NCBI GenBank assembly: GCA_030654965.1
Contig: JAURWL010000051.1
Span: forward strand, 6,737 to 70,736
DNA length: 64,000 nucleotides
Direction: 5' to 3'
Source of the DNA: Dehalococcoidales bacterium
Lineage (GTDB): Bacteria > Chloroflexota > Dehalococcoidia > Dehalococcoidales > Fen-1064
Each line of letters starts with the position of its first letter. The stretch's first letter is position 1. Under the pieces are notes generated by a model. It made no database searches and had not been told where the DNA came from. It worked only from the letters and a program-made list of their open reading frames with translations. Below, one piece after another: positions 58,025-64,000 of this stretch. Position numbers and translations under genes: made by a program.

Positions 58025-59212
58025 GTGAAATATTGTGTGCTTATAATGGATGGAGCCGCCGGATTGCCCTTGCCTGACTACGGCGGTAAGACTTCCCTGG
58101 AGCTTGCCCGCACGCCGAATCTGGATGCGATGGTGAAGACAGGAATGGTTGGACTGGCTCACATGGTGCCGAAAGACATGGAGCCGGATAGCGCCGTCGC
58201 CTGCATGTCTATCTTTGGTTACGACCCGAAAGTCTACTATAGCGGCCGTGCCCCAATCGAGGCTATCAGCCTGAATATACCTATCAACCCCGGTGAGGCG
58301 CTTTTCCGCTGTAATCTGGTGACCGTACAGAATGGTGCGATGGTGAGTCATAGCGCCGGTTCAATTAGTACGGCGGAAGCTCATGAGCTTGTGGAAGCAC
58401 TGAACAAAGCTCTCGGCAACGAGCGTATTCATATCTGTCCCGGCATAAGCTACCGTGGTATTCTGAAACTAAAGGGCGCGGTGGAGACAACACAAGCAGT
58501 GTGCACACCACCCCACGATATCCCTGACAAACTCGCGGCGGAGTATCTTCCGCGTGGCGCGGGTAGTAAGCTCCTGCTGGATTTGATGGCGCACTCTCAG
58601 GAGGTGCTTAAAGACCACCCCGTGAACAAGCAGAGAATCGCCCGCGGTGACCTGCCTGCTACGAGCATCTGGCTTTTTTGGGGGAGCAGTCGCATTCCGA
58701 CCATGCCGTTATTCTATGAGACGTATCATCGTAAAGCGGCAGTGACTTCGGGAGTAAATCTCCTCCAGGGGCTTGGGAAAATGGCAGGTATGGCAGTCCT
58801 GGAGATTTCGGGCGTCACCGATGGTCTTGATAACAACTATGCGGCGCAGGCAAAAGGTGCTCTTGACGCGCTAAAATTTTATGATATAGTTATAATTCAT
58901 ATTGAAGCCCCGGATGAAGCAGGTCATACCGGTTCGGTGAAGGAAAAGGTAGCGGCAATAGAGAAGATTGATAAGCTCGTGGTGAGGCAAGTGCGGGACT
59001 GGCGTGGAGATGGATTGAGACTCCTGGTTACTTCTGACCACCCTACCCCAATCTCCATTCGCACGCATACCGATGCCCCGGTGCCTTTTCTGCTGTGGGG
59101 CGCCGGCTTTAATCCGAATGGAGCAAAAAGGCTTACCGAATCTGAAGCCGAACGCACGGGGCTGACGATTAACCCCGGCTGGAATATCATGCGCAGGCTA
59201 ATTGGAGAATAA
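58025..59212 (+). CDS. Cofactor-independent phosphoglycerate mutase family protein (archaeal ApgM type); possible homoserine kinase role
   Basis: The N-terminus ILIMDGAAG...LELARTPNLD, a metalloenzyme-superfamily pattern, and HIEAPDEAGH. It ends 5 nt upstream of lysC. Confidence 0.85.
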   Translation: MKYCVLIMDGAAGLPLPDYGGKTSLELARTPNLDAMVKTGMVGLAHMVPKDMEPDSAVACMSIFGYDPKVYYSGRAPIEAISLNIPINPGEALFRCNLVTVQNGAMVSHSAGSISTAEAHELVEALNKALGNERIHICPGISYRGILKLKGAVETTQAVCTPPHDIPDKLAAEYLPRGAGSKLLLDLMAHSQEVLKDHPVNKQRIARGDLPATSIWLFWGSSRIPTMPLFYETYHRKAAVTSGVNLLQGLGKMAGMAVLEISGVTDGLDNNYAAQAKGALDALKFYDIVIIHIEAPDEAGHTGSVKEKVAAIEKIDKLVVRQVRDWRGDGLRLLVTSDHPTPISIRTHTDAPVPFLLWGAGFNPNGAKRLTESEAERTGLTINPGWNIMRRLIGE

Positions 59213-59217
59213 GAACT

Positions 59218-60435
59218 ATGGCACTCATCGTACAAAAATATGGAGGTAGCTCAGTCGCCACTGCCGAGCGTATTAAAACCGTGGCGAAACGGGTCGGTAA
59301 AACCTTCGACAATGGCGACCAGGTAGTGGTAGTAGTTTCCGCAATGGGAGACACCACAGATGACCTCATCAAGCTGGCAGGTCAAATCACCAAACAGCCG
59401 CATCCGCGGGAGATGGATGTTTTAGTGTCCACCGGAGAACTGGTTTCCAGCGCTCTACTGACTATGGCTTTGCATGAAAACGGTTATAAGGCGGTCAGTC
59501 TCAGTGGGGCGCAGGCAGGTATCAGAACAGACGCCAACTTCCGCCGGGCAAGGGTTTTAAAGGTTGAGACCAAGCGGATTCAGGTAGAACTCGAAAAAGG
59601 ACAAATTGTCATCGTTGCCGGCTTTCAAGGTACTACTGAGGATATGGATGTAACCACTCTCGGTAGAGGTGCTTCAGATATCTCAGCCGTAGCTCTGGCG
59701 GCGGCGCTGGGAGCAAAAGTCTGTGCGCGTTACACTGATACCGATGGAATTTACACTGCTGACCCGCGTATTGTCCCGAATGCCAAGCGTCTTGAAGAAA
59801 TTGGCTATGAAGAAATGCTGGAGCTTGCTACCTACGGAAATAAAGTGATGCAGCCACGCGCTATCGAACTTGCGGAACTATACAATATTCCCATCAAAGT
59901 GGCGTCAAGTTTCAATGATAATCCCGGCACTTTAATTCACGGAGGCGTTTCAATGGAAAACAGGAACAAAGTAAGAAGTGTTGCCTATGATATGGATGTT
60001 GCCAAGATTACGGTAGTCGGCGTCCCGGACAAGCCCGGCATTGCCGCCGCAATCTTCGTGCCGCTGGCAAAAGCCGGCATCAGCGTCGATACCATCGTGC
60101 AGAATGCCAGTGTTAATAAAATTACCGACCTCACCTTCACTGTTACCCGCGACCAGATGCAGGATGCTCTGAAGGTTATCAAGCCGGTCGCTAAGAAGAT
60201 TGGCGCTAAAGACACCGCCAGTGATGCCAAACTGGGTAAGGTGAGCATTGTCGGCACGGGTATGCAAAATTCACCGGGTTTTGCCGCCAAGATGTTCGCG
60301 ACACTCAGTGAAAAGGGTGTGAATATTGAACTCATCAGCACCTCGGAAATCAGAATCACGTGTATCGTTGATGAGGCGAAGGTGGAAGACGCCGTGCGCG
60401 CGCTTCATCAGGCATTTGAAGTGGAGTTGGGTTGA
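59218..60435 (+). CDS. lysC: Aspartate kinase with C-terminal ACT domains
   Basis: VQKYGGSSV, VVVVSAMGDTTD and GRGASD, plus two ACT-like repeats. Confidence 0.95.
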   Translation: MALIVQKYGGSSVATAERIKTVAKRVGKTFDNGDQVVVVVSAMGDTTDDLIKLAGQITKQPHPREMDVLVSTGELVSSALLTMALHENGYKAVSLSGAQAGIRTDANFRRARVLKVETKRIQVELEKGQIVIVAGFQGTTEDMDVTTLGRGASDISAVALAAALGAKVCARYTDTDGIYTADPRIVPNAKRLEEIGYEEMLELATYGNKVMQPRAIELAELYNIPIKVASSFNDNPGTLIHGGVSMENRNKVRSVAYDMDVAKITVVGVPDKPGIAAAIFVPLAKAGISVDTIVQNASVNKITDLTFTVTRDQMQDALKVIKPVAKKIGAKDTASDAKLGKVSIVGTGMQNSPGFAAKMFATLSEKGVNIELISTSEIRITCIVDEAKVEDAVRALHQAFEVELG

Positions 60436-60441
60436 CGCATT

Positions 60442-60577
60442 GTGTCATTCCCGTGAAACTTGTCCCGTTCACGGTGAACCCGTTCAGGGTGAACCCGTAC
60501 TTGATACGGGAACGGGAATCCAGAGGTCAGGGAGATTCTTCGGGGCGAGGGATTTTTCTACGCCCCTCAGAATGACA
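60442..60577. repeat. Composite of palindromic repeat modules downstream of lysC
   Basis: The outer pair is gtgtcattcccg (60442-60453) ... cgggaatccagag (60513-60525). It encloses the gttcacggtgaac and ttcagggtgaaccc palindromes and the cccgta-cttga-tacggg hairpin. These are followed by the ggggcg...cgcccc hairpin and ctcagaatgaca (60566-60577). Confidence 0.6.
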
Positions 60578-60586
60578 AAATGAGGA

Positions 60587-60615
60587 TTGACCTTTACGTT
60601 AAAGTACGCTAATAT
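60587..60615 (+). promoter_or_regulatory. Sigma70-type promoter for the TPR-gyrA unit
   Basis: TTGACC (60587-60592), a 17-nt spacer, then TAATAT (60610-60615). Confidence 0.6.
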
Positions 60616-60651
60616 GTGTCAACATTTCGCGGGATATGGTGGAGGCAAGGG

Positions 60652-61467
60652 ATGACCTATCAGGAAGAGGAACAATCTAGATTACGCAGACAGAGTAGTC
60701 GCGAAGCCATCGCCCTGGCGCTACAGGGGCAGTGGCGTGAATCGATTGTTGTTAATAAAAGTATTATCGAGGTATTCGCCAATGACATCGAAGCCCTGAA
60801 CCGGCTCGGTAGGGCGTATATGGAGCTAGGCGAATACAGTGAGGCGGAAGCCGCATACCGCCGGACTCTGGAAATAGATTCATATAATGCCATTGCGCAG
60901 AAGAACCTCCAGCGTCTGGTGCTTCTGAAAAAAAATAAATCCTCTAAGCAAACAGTGGTTCACAAACTCGAGCCGCAGGTGTTCATCGAAGAGATTGGGA
61001 AAACGGGTGTCGTGCAACTAAATAACCTTGCTCCGCCTGATGTACTGGCGCGGGTAGTAGCCGGTGATGTAGTCAACCTCAAGGTCAAAGGCAATAATCT
61101 GATTGTCGAAACTCCTCGTGGCGGTTATATCGGGCAGGTGGATACCAGGCACGGTCAGCATCTCATCCGCCTGATTAAAGGGGGCAACAAATATTCGGCG
61201 GCAATTGTCAGCTCCACAGAAAGGTCGGCCTCAGTTATTGTCAGGGAGACCTTTCAACACCCCAACCAGGCGGGTCAACTCTCTTTCCCGACCCGTGGCG
61301 TTGAGGGTGCCCGGACGGAAATCACCGACCGTGTCATCCGCCGTGAGATAGAGCAGGAGGAATCGCTCCTTGGAGAGACGGGATACACGGTAGTCGGGGG
61401 TGAGGAGTCGGAGGTTCTGCCGGAAGAGCCTGTCGAAAACGATTTTGATGATGATATGGAGTCTTAA
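60652..61467 (+). CDS. TPR-repeat protein with an uncharacterised C-terminal domain
   Basis: TPR-like segment ALNRLGRAYMELGEYSEAEAAYRRTLEIDSYNAIAQKNL. I prefer ATG 60652, after GGAGG, to GTG 60616. It ends 6 nt before gyrA. Confidence 0.75.
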   Translation: MTYQEEEQSRLRRQSSREAIALALQGQWRESIVVNKSIIEVFANDIEALNRLGRAYMELGEYSEAEAAYRRTLEIDSYNAIAQKNLQRLVLLKKNKSSKQTVVHKLEPQVFIEEIGKTGVVQLNNLAPPDVLARVVAGDVVNLKVKGNNLIVETPRGGYIGQVDTRHGQHLIRLIKGGNKYSAAIVSSTERSASVIVRETFQHPNQAGQLSFPTRGVEGARTEITDRVIRREIEQEESLLGETGYTVVGGEESEVLPEEPVENDFDDDMES

Positions 61468-61473
61468 TTACTG

Positions 61474-63888
61474 ATGGTAACTGGAAGGATTCAACCGGTC
61501 ACAATTGAAGAAACCATGCGCAGTTCCTATCTGGACTACGCTATGAGCGTGATTGTCGCGCGTGCCTTGCCGGATGTACGGGACGGACTGAAACCCGTGC
61601 ACCGCCGTATCCTTTACGCCATGTCCGAAATGGGCATCACCTGGAACACCTCTTACAAGAAGAGCGCCCGTATTGTCGGTGAGGTGCTGGGCAAGTTCCA
61701 TCCGCACGGTGATGGTCCTGTGTACGATGCCATGGTGCGTATGGCGCAGGACTTTTCCATGCGTTACCCGCTCATTGACGGACAGGGGAACTTCGGTTCG
61801 ATTGATGATGACCCGCCCGCCGCCATGCGGTACACGGAAGCTCGTCTTGCCCGTATCGCCGAGCAAATGCTCCTGGACATCGATAAGGATACGGTCAACT
61901 TCGTGCCTAATTTCGATGATAGCCTCAAAGAACCGGTGGTTCTGCCCGCGCGTCTCCCTAACCTCCTGGTAAACGGGAGTTCCGGGATTGCCGTGGGTAT
62001 GGCGACCAATATCCCGCCCCACAATCTGGGTGAGGTGTGCGATGCTCTCGTCTATCTGCTTGATAACCCAGATGCGGCTGTGGATGCTCTTTCTGGATTC
62101 ATAAAAGGACCGGATTTCCCAACGGGCGGCGTGATTCTGGGCGAGGACGGTATCCAGAGCGCTTATGCCACCGGCAGGGGTAGAATTATCGTGCAGGCGA
62201 AGGCGTATGTGGACCATGCCCGTCGCCAGATTGTGGTCAATGAAATACCTTATCAGGTGAACAAAGCGACACTCGTGGAGAAGATTGCCGAACTGGTCAA
62301 TGATAAGAAGATTACCGGCATCGGCGACCTGCGTGACGAATCGGACCGCCAGGGTATGCGGATTGTCATCGAGCTGAAGCGGGAAGCTCAGCCGGAAATG
62401 GTGCTGAACAGCCTCTACAAGTACACCACCATGCGGACCACATTTGCCGTTAATATGCTGGCGCTGGTAGATGGTCAGCCTCGCGTTATCAGCCTCAAGG
62501 AAGCCCTCCAGGCATTCATCGATTTCCGCCGCGAGGTCATCACCCGCCGTTCTAAATTCGAACTGAAGGGCGCCAAAGAGAGAGCTCACATTCTGGAAGG
62601 GCTCAAGATTGCCCTCGATAATATCGATAAAGTCATTGCCATCATCCGCAGTTCGCAGACCACGGATAACGCTCGGCAGAATCTGATGGGCACGTTTAGT
62701 CTGAGCCGTTTACAGACGGACGCCATACTGGAAATGCCTCTCCGCCGCCTCGCCGGACTGGAGCGGAAGAAGATTCTCGATGAACTGGCGGAGGTGCTGA
62801 AAAACATATCCTACCTCGAAGATTTACTTGCCAAGCCCGCCCGCATTTTGGGTGTGACGCGACAGGAAATCGTCGATTTGAAAGATAAGTTCGCAGATGA
62901 GCGCCGCACGGAAATCAACAAAGAGGGTCCCGTCGATTTCAAGATGGAAGACCTTGTCCCGCACCAGGAAATGGCGGTAACCATCACCATGCGTGGTTTC
63001 ATCAAGCGCGTGCCGTCCCGTGTCTTCAAGACACAACACCGTGGCGGCAAGGGTATTATCGGTATGACCACGCGGGAAGAGGATGCCGTGCGTCTGCTCG
63101 CGGTGGCGGACACCCACGATTACCTTCTGCTCTGCAGTAACCGGGGCAGGATGTTCAGTATCAAATGCTATGAACTGCCGCCCGATACTTCACGCGTGGC
63201 GAAAGGCACGGCGGTCGTCAACCTCTTCGCTATCCCGCCGGAAGAGCGCATCACGGATATGGTCGTGGTTAAAGATTTTGTGCCGGATACCTACCTCCTG
63301 ATGGTCACACGTGGGGGCGAAATCAAGAAGACCTCACTCGACCATTTTGCGGCTGTGCGCAGTAGCGGTTTGATTTGTATGGATGTTGAATCCGGTGATG
63401 AACTGGTATCGGCGCATACTGCCACGGAGAAGGACGATGTGGTCCTGGTCACACGGAAGGGTCAGTCCATCCGGTTCGGGGTCGACAGCATCCGCACCAG
63501 CCAGCGGACGAGCGGTGGGGTGCGGGGTATCCGCTTATTGCCCGGAGACGAGGTAGTAGGTATGGGCATTGCCTATCCGAAGTCCTACGTTCTCGTGGTT
63601 AGCACGGAAGGGCATGGTAAGCTTTCCCAGATAGAAAATTATCCCAAGCAACAACGCGCCGGTAGCGGCGTGAAAACAATCAAACTGGTGGATAAGACCG
63701 GCGATTTGGCAGATGCAAGGATTGTGACACGCGCCCACCAGGTGATATTCGTCTCAACCAGCGGACAGGTAACGCGCAGTCCTGTCAAAGAGATATCCGT
63801 ATTGAGCCGGGCGACTCAGGGTGTACGGCTGATGCGGCTCGATGAAGGCGACCGCGTGGCGAGCGTGGCTTCCATTGAGCAGGATTAG
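61474..63888 (+). CDS. gyrA: DNA gyrase subunit A
   Basis: [24 protein letters not shown], the active-site [10 protein letters not shown], and C-terminal beta-pinwheel repeats. Confidence 0.97.
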   Translation: MVTGRIQPVTIEETMRSSYLDYAMSVIVARALPDVRDGLKPVHRRILYAMSEMGITWNTSYKKSARIVGEVLGKFHPHGDGPVYDAMVRMAQDFSMRYPLIDGQGNFGSIDDDPPAAMRYTEARLARIAEQMLLDIDKDTVNFVPNFDDSLKEPVVLPARLPNLLVNGSSGIAVGMATNIPPHNLGEVCDALVYLLDNPDAAVDALSGFIKGPDFPTGGVILGEDGIQSAYATGRGRIIVQAKAYVDHARRQIVVNEIPYQVNKATLVEKIAELVNDKKITGIGDLRDESDRQGMRIVIELKREAQPEMVLNSLYKYTTMRTTFAVNMLALVDGQPRVISLKEALQAFIDFRREVITRRSKFELKGAKERAHILEGLKIALDNIDKVIAIIRSSQTTDNARQNLMGTFSLSRLQTDAILEMPLRRLAGLERKKILDELAEVLKNISYLEDLLAKPARILGVTRQEIVDLKDKFADERRTEINKEGPVDFKMEDLVPHQEMAVTITMRGFIKRVPSRVFKTQHRGGKGIIGMTTREEDAVRLLAVADTHDYLLLCSNRGRMFSIKCYELPPDTSRVAKGTAVVNLFAIPPEERITDMVVVKDFVPDTYLLMVTRGGEIKKTSLDHFAAVRSSGLICMDVESGDELVSAHTATEKDDVVLVTRKGQSIRFGVDSIRTSQRTSGGVRGIRLLPGDEVVGMGIAYPKSYVLVVSTEGHGKLSQIENYPKQQRAGSGVKTIKLVDKTGDLADARIVTRAHQVIFVSTSGQVTRSPVKEISVLSRATQGVRLMRLDEGDRVASVASIEQD

Positions 63889-63897
63889 TTTTCTGTA

Positions 63898-63983
63898 GTG
63901 TCATTCCCGACTTGATCGGGAATCCAGAGCCATTATAATATACGCGCCTGTTTGTCATGCTGAGCTACGGCGAAGCATCTAGT
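63898..63983. repeat. Two palindromic repeat units downstream of gyrA
   Basis: gtgtcattcccga-cttga-tcgggaatccagag (63898-63929) and tgtcatgctgagc-tacg-gcgaagcatctagt (63953-63983). They share termini with the units at 60442 and 21597. Confidence 0.6.
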
Positions 63984-64000
63984 GCTCCAAGGTTGCCGAC

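Noticed and set aside
57591-58077. ORFs 57591..57800 and 57865..58077
   Set aside because: They overlap the tRNA-Ser and tRNA-Pro genes on the opposite strand and are not credible coding regions.
61468-62589. 373-aa minus-strand ORF
   Set aside because: It is antisense to gyrA, whose identity is unambiguous. Its composition is His/Arg/Gly-rich, typical of antisense translation.

Overview
Bacterial chromosomal window with moderate GC and a few AT-rich islets (judged by eye). Most genes are housekeeping genes with tight or overlapping junctions. Order of contents:
- (1) 189-1509: an IS element with a DDE transposase.
- (2) 1.6-14.3 kb: a nitrogen-assimilation supercluster. It holds a split archaeal-type glutamate synthase operon with hisH and hisF interleaved, an OmpR-type regulator with a degenerate receiver, a small unknown gene, amtB-glnK-glnA, and glutamine-dependent nadE.
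- (3) Minus-strand block: DUF212, plsY, a PHP phosphoesterase, ymdB, rny, recX, recA and a second (NH3-type) nadE.
- (4) An amidohydrolase, a PD40/TolB-like lipoprotein with an in-frame TGA, and a fatty-acid beta-oxidation-like set: acyl-CoA dehydrogenase, frameshifted DinB gene, acyl-CoA synthetase, two crotonases and a small biotinyl-domain protein.
- (5) clpC, followed by a 23S-5S rRNA unit with its own promoter and no 16S gene anywhere in the window.
- (6) 36.4-44.3 kb: a regulatory/accessory stretch. It has three paralogous small MerR-like HTH genes heading different operons (unknown protein; ECF sigma/anti-sigma/DUF4382 lipoprotein; PAS-GAF-GGDEF cyclase), an orphan promoter-terminator unit, and a zinc-ribbon gene.
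- (7) A folK-PTPS/queD fusion, Trm112, an AT-rich candidate type II R-M pair, a MetE/UroD-like gene, tandem duplicated 50-aa membrane-protein genes missed by the ORF track, and an MFS-like protein with seven C-terminal repeats.
- (8) marR, nadB, yajC, miaB, a frameshifted HNH endonuclease islet, tRNA-Ser and tRNA-Pro, an ApgM-family gene plus lysC, a TPR gene and gyrA.

A modular family of short palindromic repeats occupies several intergenic regions. No CRISPR array was seen.

The strongest candidate for an undescribed system is the pseudo-receiver OmpR-family regulator together with phased GTAAY repeats upstream of two nitrogen transcription units. A Chloroflexota-like lineage is only a weak guess, based on the unlinked rRNA genes and gene content. 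All homology calls come from motif recognition by eye, not from database searches.
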